From: a virus
Length of the DNA: 64,000 bases
IMG/VR virus record: IMGVR_UViG_3300005466_000024
Span: 64,001-128,000 of that record
Direction: 5' to 3' (one strand)
This document shows positions 36,277-45,209 of this stretch, piece after piece. Position numbers and translations under genes: made by a program. Positions within the stretch are counted from its first letter, which is position 1. Each line of letters opens with the position of its first letter. Below the pieces are notes generated by a model. It saw only the letters and a program-made list of their open reading frames with translations, was not told the origin of the DNA and searched no databases.

Positions 36277-39200
36277 TCATCCGATTACCAGAGCATTCCA
36301 TTGCCCCGTAGTGGGTGTACTGTCGAATTGCAGTGACACGGTATTCGCGCTCGTAGCGGTCCATCCGATGAGCGCTCCCGTTCCTCCCGCAACCTGCGTC
36401 AGGGACACCCACAAGGTGGTGGTGTTGAGGTTGTGCGTCAGTGTCGCCGGGTTGGAGGGGGGTACCGGCAGCACCTTCTTGCGGGCGGCGACCGCCGGGT
36501 CCAGGGCGATGCCGCTGCTGGTGACCTGGCAGCCACCGCCTGTGGCGGCGACGGCGGTGAAGGTTTGTGCCGGGGCGGTCCCGGTGATGTTGATGCCGTT
36601 GCCCTGGGCGGGTGCGTACGGCGGGGCGACCGACCCGACCTGGGTCCAGTTGTTGGCGTTGGTGTCCACCACCCCGGAGGCCGAGCTGACCTGCCACAGC
36701 GTGTTGGCCCTGGTGTTGCCGGAGGCGACCACGACGAGGGTGCCGCGCACCAGGTAGGCGCCGGAGGCCATGTCGGTGGTACGCGTCCACGCCGAGCTGT
36801 TCACCGTCCAGGCACCGTTCTGGATGGAGGAGGACTGCGCGGTGAGCAGCACGGTGGAGCCGACCGCCATCAGTACCCCGTCGGCGCTCTGCTGCCCGGA
36901 CAGTGAGGCGATGTTGGCGGTGGCGACGTAGTTGACTCGCTGTTTGATCTCGGTGGAGGTGGCCAGGATCGTCTGCACGTCGGTGGGCGAGGTCTTGCCG
37001 GCCAGCCCGGTGGTCAGTGCGGTGGTGGTGGCCAGGCTGTTGATGGTGTTTTGCAGGTTGGTGATCTGGCTGATCGGAATGCTGGCGTTGGCGGCCAGTG
37101 CCCCCACGTCGGCGGCCTGCAGGAACACCGTGCCGGTTTGGCCGTTGACGGTGAGCACCGGTGCCAGCGGCACCGACAGCGGCATCCAGTTGGCTGCCTG
37201 CGACGGGTCGGTGCCCATCAGCATGTAGGTGCCCTGGTCGGCGGTGGCGGTGATGCTGGCCAGCCAGCCGGGACCGACCTGGGAGGTGGTCAGTGCGAGC
37301 ATCGCCGCCTTGTTGGCCACCTGCACCATCAGGGTGACCACGGTGGTGGGGATCTGGTTGGCCGGGACCACCCCGCCGACCAGGTCGGCCTTGGCCGCCA
37401 GTGTGGAGCCGAGTCCGCTCACCTGACTCTGTGGGATCGTCGGGATCTCGCCCAGGGGCACGGTGCCGGAGATGAGGTCGGCCTTGACCGCCAGGGTCGA
37501 GGTGAGTCCGGTGACCTGGGTTTGCGGGATGGACGGCAGTTCACCCAGGGGGATGACCCCGGAAACCAGGTCGGCCTTGGTTCCCAGCGCGGACGTCAAT
37601 CCACTGACCTGGGATTGTGGGATCGTCGGCAGCTGGGACAGCGGCACGGTGCCGCTGACCAGGTCGGCCTTGGTGGCGAACTGCGCCAGCGCCGTCGTCA
37701 GCCCCGTCACCTGGCTTTGTGGCAGCGCCGGGATCTCGGCGAGCGGTACGGTGCCGGAGACCAGATCTGCCTTCGTTGGCATTGCGTTTTGCAGTGTCGT
37801 CACGTCCGAGGCGAGCGCGTAGACCGCGTCGGCGGGTCCGGCCTCGTTCCAGCGACGCAGCTGCAGGTGTCCGTTGGGGGTGATGTAGGCGTAGCGCACG
37901 TCCTGGGCGCGGGCCCCGGCCGGGTTGTTGTAGGGGGTACCGGTGGTGCCGGTGACGGTGCCGTCGGAGTCGACGCCCCACGGCGAGTGCAGGGTGACGG
38001 TCGAGAAGTTGGTGGTCTGGCTGGCGGCCTGCCAGTATTCGGTCGCACCGGCGGGGGCACCGGCTCCGCCGGTGCCGCCCACTTGGCTTTGCAGCGCCGA
38101 AATGTCGTCGCGGATGGTGGTCAGGTCGGTGGGCAGGCTGGTGATCTGGCTTTGCGGGATCGCCGCACTGGCCGCCAGCGCCCCGACGTCGTCGGGTCCG
38201 AGGATGACGTTGCCGGTCATGGCGTTGACCGACAGCACGGCACCGCCAGCGGCCACCACGTCGCCGTCCTTGTCGGTCACCTGGTGCAGTTCGTTGACCA
38301 GTGCGATGTTGGCGGGCAGCACCGAGTCGTCGATGGTGCCGGTGGTGCCGCCGCTGGTGCGCACGATGGTGGTGTCGTTCTGGATGGCGGTGACGTCGTC
38401 GGCCACCGCGGCGACCGCTTCCGTGGTGGCCAGTCCGGACAGTGTGGTGGCCAGCCCGGTCACCTGGGCCATCGACACGTGACCGGTGGCGGCGTCGACC
38501 GCCCCGACGTCGGCGGCGGTGAGCACCACGTCGCCCTGTTTGCCGTTGACCGACACGACGCGTTGCAGGGCGATCCAGTTGTTCAGCTGCGACGGGTTGG
38601 GTCCGGCCAGCCCGTAGAGCAGGGGGCCGGTGCCGACCAGGGCGATGTCGCCGATCTGCACCTGGGAGGGGTATTGCAGGGCGAGCATGTCGGAAACGGT
38701 GGTCACCGGGATCCAGCTGGTGATCGCGGCCGGCGGGATCTCCGAGATGGGGACGTGGTTGGTGTCATCGAGGTCGGCCTTGTGCGGCAGGGTGGTCTGG
38801 ATGGTGCCGATCGCGATGGAGTTCGTGTTGACCGTGTTGCCCAGCGAGGTCTGCAGGGCGGCGATGTTCTGCTGGCTGGTGATGATGGCCTGGTTGAACT
38901 GCTCATCGATGAGCAAGGTCATGTCGGCGCGCACCCGGGTGTCGGCGGCACCGCGAGTGACCGTCTCGGCGGTCAGCGAGTTCTGCAGTGCCTCCACGTC
39001 GGCACTGGTGGCGACTGGGGTGCCGGCGGCGTCCACGACGTCACCGGCGTCGTTGAGGCGGGCCACGCGACCGGGCACCCCCAGGTCGGCCTGCTGCAGG
39101 TAGACCTCGGCATCAATGATGAGCCCCAGGTTGGGCAGCTCATCGAAGCTGATGTCGGCGTCGGGCATGGCGAAGTCCGACGTGAACAGCTCCCCGGTCA

Positions 39201-39483
39201 CCCCACCGGCCCGCCACGCCGCCCGGTAGGTCAGGGGTGTGCTCAGGTTCGGGTTGTTGCTCGGCACCAGCTGGAAGGTGACCGGGTTGTTGGGCTGCGC
39301 CAGCAGCACCTCCTGTACCCCGGCGGGGTCGACGAAGGTGGCGGATCCGTTGGTGACGGGCAGCGATGCGGTGGCCAGCGACTGCACGATGACCTGCATG
39401 GTTTGGGGGCGCTGGTCGGGGTAGGTGACGCTGCGCGCGAAATTGAACGTCAGCGCGCGGCGGATCACAGCTGGAGCCGTCAT
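36277..39483 (-). CDS. Tail fibre / minor tail protein with internal repeats
   Basis: 1068 aa; three V.SVNG.TG.V.L.A.DVGA units, five KADL repeats, ATANIASLSGQQSADGV fibre domain, HNLNT C-terminal domain. Confidence 0.75.
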   Translation of the reverse strand: MTAPAVIRRALTFNFARSVTYPDQRPQTMQVIVQSLATASLPVTNGSATFVDPAGVQEVLLAQPNNPVTFQLVPSNNPNLSTPLTYRAAWRAGGVTGELFTSDFAMPDADISFDELPNLGLIIDAEVYLQQADLGVPGRVARLNDAGDVVDAAGTPVATSADVEALQNSLTAETVTRGAADTRVRADMTLLIDEQFNQAIITSQQNIAALQTSLGNTVNTNSIAIGTIQTTLPHKADLDDTNHVPISEIPPAAITSWIPVTTVSDMLALQYPSQVQIGDIALVGTGPLLYGLAGPNPSQLNNWIALQRVVSVNGKQGDVVLTAADVGAVDAATGHVSMAQVTGLATTLSGLATTEAVAAVADDVTAIQNDTTIVRTSGGTTGTIDDSVLPANIALVNELHQVTDKDGDVVAAGGAVLSVNAMTGNVILGPDDVGALAASAAIPQSQITSLPTDLTTIRDDISALQSQVGGTGGAGAPAGATEYWQAASQTTNFSTVTLHSPWGVDSDGTVTGTTGTPYNNPAGARAQDVRYAYITPNGHLQLRRWNEAGPADAVYALASDVTTLQNAMPTKADLVSGTVPLAEIPALPQSQVTGLTTALAQFATKADLVSGTVPLSQLPTIPQSQVSGLTSALGTKADLVSGVIPLGELPSIPQTQVTGLTSTLAVKADLISGTVPLGEIPTIPQSQVSGLGSTLAAKADLVGGVVPANQIPTTVVTLMVQVANKAAMLALTTSQVGPGWLASITATADQGTYMLMGTDPSQAANWMPLSVPLAPVLTVNGQTGTVFLQAADVGALAANASIPISQITNLQNTINSLATTTALTTGLAGKTSPTDVQTILATSTEIKQRVNYVATANIASLSGQQSADGVLMAVGSTVLLTAQSSSIQNGAWTVNSSAWTRTTDMASGAYLVRGTLVVVASGNTRANTLWQVSSASGVVDTNANNWTQVGSVAPPYAPAQGNGINITGTAPAQTFTAVAATGGGCQVTSSGIALDPAVAARKKVLPVPPSNPATLTHNLNTTTLWVSLTQVAGGTGALIGWTATSANTVSLQFDSTPTTGQWNALVIG
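37345..37778 (-). repeat. Five ~31-aa tandem repeats (KADL.SG.VPL...P.IPQSQV.GL...L)
   Basis: Visible in both protein and DNA; boundaries approximate. Confidence 0.8.
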
Positions 39484-39532
39484 GTCGGCACCCTCACGGC
39501 GAACCTCCCGACGGTCGGTTCTTTGTCACCCC

Positions 39533-40276
39533 TTAGCGCGTGAAGGGCCGCAGCTGCAGCCTGATCTGGTGGTCGGGGGCCACCGCCCCGTCGGGGGCGG
39601 TGCCCCGGTGGTAGTGCCTCTGCCAGCCCTCGCCCGACGCTGCGAACGCGGCGTGGAACGCGTCACGGCTCTTGCACCACGCCGCGTTGGCGCTGGCTAG
39701 TTCGGGGTCGTCGGTGATCGGCCGGATCCGTGGGGTGAATTCCTCGAGTTCGCCGCGACGCACCGGCATGATCATCGTGATCGGTTCGCCCTTGTAGAAG
39801 GTGACCCAGTGCCCGGGCCGGGTGATCTGCCAGTTCATCGTGAACGTCGCTGGTGTCCAGTCGGTCTCCACCAGACCCTCCAGCGCCGCGATGCCGTCCT
39901 TGGGCCTGTTGGCCGGGCCGCGCACCAGCAGGTTGTAACCGGGTGGGGTGCGAAACAGCCAGGGCAGTGTCCACGTCACAATGCCCTGACCGAAGTGTGA
40001 TGCCGGGTAGCAGTACTCCGGGTTGGCCACCGGGTTGTCGCGGTCCGTCTGCATGGCCTGCATCTCGATGTCGGTCCGCAGGGGGCTACCGTTCCAGCGC
40101 ATCCGTACGGTGGCCGGGCAGGAGATCAGCCAGCCGGCCTGGTTGGCCATCAGCATCGGCAGGCACCGGTAGGCGTGCCGGTCGTGGGTGGTGTCCATCC
40201 AGTCGCGCCGCGGCGGCGCCGGGGTCAACGCGAACCCTTCGGCGGGCACCGTTTCGTAGGCGATCAGCTCGCTCAT
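39533..40276 (-). CDS. DUF6065-family protein
   Basis: PAP.RRDWMD....HAYRCLPM.MANQAGW...FRTPPGYNLLVRGPAN...LEGLVETDW...FTMNWQIT; ATGA coupling. Confidence 0.75.
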   Translation of the reverse strand: MSELIAYETVPAEGFALTPAPPRRDWMDTTHDRHAYRCLPMLMANQAGWLISCPATVRMRWNGSPLRTDIEMQAMQTDRDNPVANPEYCYPASHFGQGIVTWTLPWLFRTPPGYNLLVRGPANRPKDGIAALEGLVETDWTPATFTMNWQITRPGHWVTFYKGEPITMIMPVRRGELEEFTPRIRPITDDPELASANAAWCKSRDAFHAAFAASGEGWQRHYHRGTAPDGAVAPDHQIRLQLRPFTR

Positions 40277-41007
40277 CCGGGGCTGCACAGCTCCTGGGGC
40301 AGCGGGATCTCTGCGACGGTCGATGACCACTGTTCGCGGGTGTCGACCAGCCAGGCGGTGCGCCGCTGGTCGCGCGGGTAGCCGTCGGCGCGCTCCTCGA
40401 TCAACGATGGGCCGTCGCTGTGGTCGAGCAGGGAGGGGCGGCTGTAGGCCACCCGGTGTCCGCACTCGAGTGTCCAGTCGCTGACTGCCTCGTCCAGTGG
40501 CCGCGTGCTGCTGCGCAGGTGGGCCACCAGGTCGGGGATCAGGGCGGTGCGCACGGCGTAGCCGACGCCGTGCAGCAGGTGCCCGCAGACCAGGAAATTG
40601 GGGTCCTCGGCACCGGGCAGCCCGTTGTTGGGCCAGATCACTCGCGCGATGGGGCGCTGCCAATGGGGAGGATTCCCGCGGCCCAGGTACAGGCTGACCA
40701 CGTCGGTGGGGGCGACACGTAGCACCTGGGTGAGCTGGTCGCCGAACCCGTCCACCGCGAGGGCGTCGTCCTCGAGCACCACGCCCCATTCCGTGGTGCT
40801 GTCGGCGAGCCATTCCCAGGCGTCGGTGTGGGTCGGTGTGCAGCCTTGATTCACGCTGTCCCAGATGATCGCCTCGGGTTCGACTTGTTCGGCGAGTGTG
40901 CGCACGAGGTCTTCTCGTAACGGGTGGGCGACGATCACCAGGGAGTACGGGGATTCGACCGGCACATCCTGGATGATCGCCTCGAATTCGGTCGTCAGTT
41001 CTGCCAT
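40273..41007 (-). CDS. Glycosyltransferase (GT-A, GT25-like)
   Basis: H..AWEWL...WGVVLEDDA motif; HGVGYAV; PSLLDH.DGPS. Confidence 0.7.
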   Translation of the reverse strand: MAELTTEFEAIIQDVPVESPYSLVIVAHPLREDLVRTLAEQVEPEAIIWDSVNQGCTPTHTDAWEWLADSTTEWGVVLEDDALAVDGFGDQLTQVLRVAPTDVVSLYLGRGNPPHWQRPIARVIWPNNGLPGAEDPNFLVCGHLLHGVGYAVRTALIPDLVAHLRSSTRPLDEAVSDWTLECGHRVAYSRPSLLDHSDGPSLIEERADGYPRDQRRTAWLVDTREQWSSTVAEIPLPQELCSPG

Positions 41008-41085
41008 ACCCTTTCCCGTTGGGCATTACCGGGTGGCGTAACGGGTGCTCCCCATTCGCGCGTGGGAAAGGGAGACCACCGGAGA

Positions 41086-41117
41086 TGCGGTCGGGGTGGT
41101 TGAGCACCCCGACCGCA
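41086..41117 (-). terminator. Hairpin immediately after the Ro60 stop
   Basis: Perfect 13-bp stem TGCGGTCGGGGTG / CACCCCGACCGCA with a 6-nt loop. Confidence 0.65.
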
Positions 41118-41121
41118 CGCC

Positions 41122-42810
41122 TTACACGCGGCTTGCCGAGAAGTCCGCGATCAGCTGCGGCACGGTGGAGTCGAAGCCCGAGATGTCCATCTGCCGCAGC
41201 GGATCCCGGGGGTCGCACACGCTGGTGCCGGTGGCAGTCATGGCGACGACGACCAGCTTGGCATCGATGCCCATCTTCTGACGGTACTGCTCCAGCGCCT
41301 GGTACGGGTGGACGTCCCCAGCCCAGGTCTCGTTGTCGGTCCAGACCGTGAAGGTGTCGATCGCCACCTTGTTGGCCGCCGCCCACAGCATCGGCAGGGC
41401 CACGTCGGTGCCCCCGGCGGACAGCTGGCTGATGTAGCGGACCACATCGTCCAGCCGACGGCGGGGACTGATGTCCAGCTCGGTGAGGCCACGGCCGCCC
41501 CGGCCGATACCCCTCTGCCACCCACCCGAGCAGAAGCCGGCCACCCGGTAGTCCTTCTCGGTGTTGGCGGTCACCAGGGAGATGGCCGCGCACGCCTCCC
41601 GCGGCGCGAGTGGCAGGCCCGAGCAGTCCAACCAGTCCGCCACCTTGCCCGCCATCGACAGCGACACGTCCAGCGCGATCAGGGTGCGCTTGTTGGCGGG
41701 TTCCACCGCGCCGTAGGACGCGTAGAACGCGGCATCGAGCGCGTCGGTGATCCGGCGATGCGGTGTCCAGTTCAGCTTGCCCTTCTCGCCGTGGCCCTGG
41801 GCGTAGGTCTTCTGCGCCACCAGCACGTCGACCGGGTGCACGCGGGCCCGCTTGAGCACCTCGGGGTTCTGCAGCTGATCGGCAACCAGCTTCATCGTGC
41901 CCGAACCCAGGTTCAGGTTGGTGATCCGCGGCAGCTGGCGCAGCAGCGCGGTCTGCGGCAGGGTGTGGCTGATCAACGACTCCCAGACCAGCGCCTCGTT
42001 GAGGTACTCGTCGGGGATCATCTCCCAACTGATGTTGCCGTTGTCGTTGAGCACCGCGAGCACGTCGCGCACATGGGTGGCCGACCGCAGTCGCCGATAG
42101 GCCTCGACCAGTTCGGGCAGCGGGGTGTCGACCGGGTTGCCATACAGATCCCGGCCCTCGCCGTGGGCCTTGCGGCGGGTGCCGGCGCTCGGGCTGGTGG
42201 CCGCCAGCCAGTTGTACAGCGCGTTGTGCGCGGCATCGCCGACCGGGTGGGCCTGGCGCAGCACGTCGTCGTGGCGCATGTTCTCCCGGTTGCGGTACTT
42301 GAGCACCTGGTAGGCGACTTGGTCGACGGGCTTCTCGTTGTACCAGCGGGCGATGGCCTTGACGAACGCGGGGCCCCAGCCGCGGAACTGTTCGGCGTAC
42401 TTGATGAACGTGAACAGCGTGGAACCGGTTCGCGCCACCTGGGGCAGCACCGCCAGGGCGGTGCGCCGGGCGTCGTCAGTGCCGTGGCTGGCCGCAACGG
42501 CCAGAGCGAACAGCGCCGGGTTCTGCTTGGGGGCACGGCCAGCCACGGAGATCTCAACGATGTGGTTGATGACCTTCACCGGGTCGGCGGCTATCGCGCG
42601 GAACAGCACGTCGGCGTTCTCGCGGGTCAGATCCTTCGCCGACGTGTAGTACGTGGAATCGGCCGTGCCCAACGTCAGGAACCGATGCAGCCTGGCTTCG
42701 TCGCTGATCTCGAAGACGTAGCCTCCGGCAGCGTTTTGCACCTGCTCGAGGCGCGCCTTCTGGTGTTGCGGCGTGCTACGGGTGCTGATCGAAGTCAGGA
42801 TATCGGCCAT
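41122..42810 (-). CDS. rsr: Ro60/Rsr RNA-binding protein (TROVE + vWA)
   Basis: VQNAAGGYVF...RLHRFLTLGT...KYRNRE...MIP...LLRQL...ARVHP...ALDVSLSM...GGTDVALPM...VWTDNETWAG...D.SGFD. Confidence 0.95.
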   Translation of the reverse strand: MADILTSISTRSTPQHQKARLEQVQNAAGGYVFEISDEARLHRFLTLGTADSTYYTSAKDLTRENADVLFRAIAADPVKVINHIVEISVAGRAPKQNPALFALAVAASHGTDDARRTALAVLPQVARTGSTLFTFIKYAEQFRGWGPAFVKAIARWYNEKPVDQVAYQVLKYRNRENMRHDDVLRQAHPVGDAAHNALYNWLAATSPSAGTRRKAHGEGRDLYGNPVDTPLPELVEAYRRLRSATHVRDVLAVLNDNGNISWEMIPDEYLNEALVWESLISHTLPQTALLRQLPRITNLNLGSGTMKLVADQLQNPEVLKRARVHPVDVLVAQKTYAQGHGEKGKLNWTPHRRITDALDAAFYASYGAVEPANKRTLIALDVSLSMAGKVADWLDCSGLPLAPREACAAISLVTANTEKDYRVAGFCSGGWQRGIGRGGRGLTELDISPRRRLDDVVRYISQLSAGGTDVALPMLWAAANKVAIDTFTVWTDNETWAGDVHPYQALEQYRQKMGIDAKLVVVAMTATGTSVCDPRDPLRQMDISGFDSTVPQLIADFSASRV

Positions 42811-42837
42811 TGTCGATTTTTCTCCCTCTGGATTCGG

Positions 42838-42978
42838 GGTGTGGGCATCGATAGGTGAGCACCGGGAACCCTTTCGGGCACTTGCTCTGCCAACTGAGCT
42901 ACGGGGCCGGGGCCCCGGCAGGATTCGAACCTGCGACCCAGTGATTAACAGTTAACCGATGTTCGTCCGGCTCACACC
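42838..42978 (-). ncRNA. yrlA: Y RNA 1 (YrlA-type; permuted tRNA-Asn-like domain)
   Basis: Ends pair GGUGUG/CACACC; internal order: loop CUGUUAA, T-arm GCAGG-UUCGAAU-CCUGC, closed acceptor CGGGGC..GCCCCG, D-arm GCUC-AGUUGGCA-GAGC; adjacent to rsr. Confidence 0.9.
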
Positions 42979-42992
42979 GTCTTCAGTTTTGG

Positions 42993-43128
42993 GGATGCGG
43001 GCATCCATTGGCGCCGACCGGGTTTTAGCGACTTAGGCCACTCGTCCATACCTGTTCCCAGGCAACGGGATTTGAACCCGTGTCTCTCTCTTGCAGGGAG
43101 ATAACCAATCAACTTCCGGCTCGCATCC
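42993..43128 (-). ncRNA. yrlA: Y RNA 2 (YrlA-type; permuted tRNA-Cys-like domain)
   Basis: Ends pair GGAUGCG/CGCAUCC; CCUGCAA loop, T-arm ACGGG-UUCAAAU-CCCGU, acceptor UGCCUG-GGAA-CAGGUA, D-arm GAC-GAGUGGCCUAA-GUC. Confidence 0.85.
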
Positions 43129-43138
43129 AACGTTAGGG

Positions 43139-43213
43139 GGTGCAGGCATCCATGTAGTGACTCCCGGGGGGTATCTTCACATTAGATAACCGAGTGTCAT
43201 TCCGGCTTGCACC
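43139..43213 (-). ncRNA. Y RNA 3 (short, no tRNA domain)
   Basis: GGUGCAAGCCGGA...UCGGUUA...AUGGAUGCCUGCACC; same terminal stem motifs as Y1 and Y2. Confidence 0.75.
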
Positions 43214-43234
43214 GATATCCAATTCTTGTGCAGA

Positions 43235-43302
43235 GAGCAGGCATCCATAGACGAGACCGAATTTTCGTGGCTGGAAGGTAACCGATCTCATGCGGCTTGC
43301 CC
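43235..43302 (-). ncRNA. Y RNA 4 (short, no tRNA domain)
   Basis: GGGCAAGCCGC...UCGGUUA...AUGGAUGCCUGCUC. Confidence 0.7.
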
Positions 43303-43361
43303 CCTGTGGCATCGTCGACCTTACTGCTTTCGGTCACCGACCACCAACTTCTTTTCCGCGT

Positions 43362-43775
43362 TCAGCGGGTCGCCGTTCTCCGCTTCAAGCATTCCCGGTG
43401 GATCTTGGTGAAGGTTTCCGCGTCGGGGTCGGGTTGCCACGAGTCCGTGTCGAGGATCACGTGTCCGCACCCGCTGCACTGGTCGCCGGTGATCGGCACC
43501 GACGCCACCGTAGTGGGCGGATTCAGGGACTCCCCGCCGCGCCGGCGTGACTCGAACGGACTGTCCCCGTCGTGGGGCATCCGCAGGGATGACACCTTCT
43601 CGCGGGCACTCTGCGCCCGGGCCACTGTCTGGGCGCGCCACCCGGCGTAGGCTGCCGCCTCGTCACCGTCGTAGAAGCGACACACCTCACGGCTGCCGCC
43701 CTCCCCCTTCACCTCGTAAACCCCGTGGCGCAGACCGCCCTCGTAGGGGTCACTGATCACCGTGTACTGAGTCAT
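43362..43775 (-). CDS. Hypothetical protein
   Basis: 137 aa, C-terminal CxxC...HxxC; SD GGAGG. Confidence 0.55.
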   Translation of the reverse strand: MTQYTVISDPYEGGLRHGVYEVKGEGGSREVCRFYDGDEAAAYAGWRAQTVARAQSAREKVSSLRMPHDGDSPFESRRRGGESLNPPTTVASVPITGDQCSGCGHVILDTDSWQPDPDAETFTKIHRECLKRRTATR

Positions 43776-44913
43776 TGCCCACCTCCACCCCTTCCAGCAG
43801 CTCCACGTAGCGCGGCTTCAGGCTGTCCCAGCTGTGCCGGTGCGCCCAGTCCCGCGCCGCGGCTTGGCCATCGACGAACAGGGTCGCGTCGGTGGCGAAC
43901 TCGTCGATCTTGGCGGCCAGCATCCGTGGATCGACCTCGAAGACGTCGATCCACACACGGGTCAGCAGTCGGTCGACCTTTCGTGAAGGTACGGCCCAGG
44001 TACGCCGCGCGTGCGCCTGGGCGTACACGTCGTGGGCACCGAAGATGACCGGCATGCCAGCCGCCATAGCCTCTTGACATGGAAGGGATAAGCCAGCGAA
44101 TCGTCTGGGCGCCACCAGTACGTCCTGTCCCTCGTACAGTTCCTCGTAGCAATCGACATCATTCTCTTCGACCACCATTTCCACGTTGGCGGGCAATCGC
44201 ACCTGCGTAGCTCTCACGAGCTGGTCGATGTATCCCGGTAGCAAACACCTGAACGTGATCGTGATCTCGGACTTCACATGGGGCAGCGCCCGCAACACGT
44301 CGGTCGTGCCGCCCCTGTCCTTGACCGCTGGTCTACCTGCAACATGCAAAAATGCTGTAGCATGACTGTGGTTGCCATATGGTGCGGTCGGTTGGTTACG
44401 GTGGGCTAAGGCCTGGCTACTTTGAGGTTGCCCCCGAGCTTGCTCGGGGGCAACTTTCTGAAACCGTTCGGTGGCCACCGGCACCGGCAGCAAGATCTTG
44501 GGTTCCGGCAGTTGGTCCCATAGCCACGGTCCCGGCGCACAAAACAGATCAGGCCGCGGCAGGTTCGTGTTCTGTATGTGATCGCAGAACTCGGGATTCA
44601 CGTGAAGTAGGGTTCTTATCCCGCGTTCACGCGCCGATCGCACCAAATCCCAGGTATAAAACGTTTCCGCACTGTAAACGACATCCAATCCGTCCAGGAA
44701 TTCGTTGATCTGCCCGGTAGTGGGATGCCATCCCTTGATCACCTGGGCGTCAGGATAAGTAAAAACCCGCCTCTTGTTGCAATTGTCGGCTTTGTTGTAG
44801 AGGTCCGATACGTCGATCTCCAATATCTTGTCGGGATGAAGATGGGCATACATTTCATATGTCTGTATCCCCAACCCGGAGCAATCGTTACGCGCTATCA
44901 GGCCCCACGTCAT
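43750..44913 (-). CDS. Glycosyltransferase (GT-B)
   Basis: GLIAR.D.SGLG.QT...YSAETFY...FLHVAGRPAVKDRGGT...PRRFAGLSLPCQEAMAAGMPVI. Confidence 0.8.
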   Translation of the reverse strand: MTWGLIARNDCSGLGIQTYEMYAHLHPDKILEIDVSDLYNKADNCNKRRVFTYPDAQVIKGWHPTTGQINEFLDGLDVVYSAETFYTWDLVRSARERGIRTLLHVNPEFCDHIQNTNLPRPDLFCAPGPWLWDQLPEPKILLPVPVATERFQKVAPEQARGQPQSSQALAHRNQPTAPYGNHSHATAFLHVAGRPAVKDRGGTTDVLRALPHVKSEITITFRCLLPGYIDQLVRATQVRLPANVEMVVEENDVDCYEELYEGQDVLVAPRRFAGLSLPCQEAMAAGMPVIFGAHDVYAQAHARRTWAVPSRKVDRLLTRVWIDVFEVDPRMLAAKIDEFATDATLFVDGQAAARDWAHRHSWDSLKPRYVELLEGVEVGNDSVHGDQ

Positions 44914-45209
44914 TTGTTTTCCGGCCGCCAGGAGAACCATTCGTCGAGCGCCTGGGATAGGTTCACGTGGCCACCGCCCTGCATGGAGGTGAACTCGTCG
45001 CCGCGGGTCCAGCTCAGCCCGTTGAGTAGGCCGGCGTGGTTGTACCCGACCTCGATCTGCTTGTCCAGCTCGGGTTGTCTGAGGATCAGTGGCTCGCGGG
45101 AGACCACCACCCAGCCGTGTTTGGCGCCGCGTTTGACGAGCCGGTCCTTGTCGGCATCGACTCGCAGCTGGCCCACCGGGCGTGGTTTGTCGTCTGGATT
45201 CACGGGCAT
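44910..45209 (-). CDS. Hypothetical protein
   Basis: 99 aa; SD AGGAG; ATGA coupling. Confidence 0.55.
   Translation of the reverse strand: MPVNPDDKPRPVGQLRVDADKDRLVKRGAKHGWVVVSREPLILRQPELDKQIEVGYNHAGLLNGLSWTRGDEFTSMQGGGHVNLSQALDEWFSWRPENK

Noticed and set aside
39533-42028. Single 831-aa minus-strand ORF
   Set aside because: Only the last 247 codons (from ATG 40276) are protein-like; the rest is an off-frame overlap of rsr and the glycosyltransferase
42850-43100. Canonical tRNA-Asn and tRNA-Cys genes
   Set aside because: The arms are in permuted order (T-arm before D-arm), the acceptor is closed by a loop and there is no free CCA end, so they are treated as Y RNA domains
42838-43302. CRISPR-like repeat array
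   Set aside because: Unit lengths vary from 68 to 141 nt, repeats are degenerate self-pairing ends, and there are no cas genes
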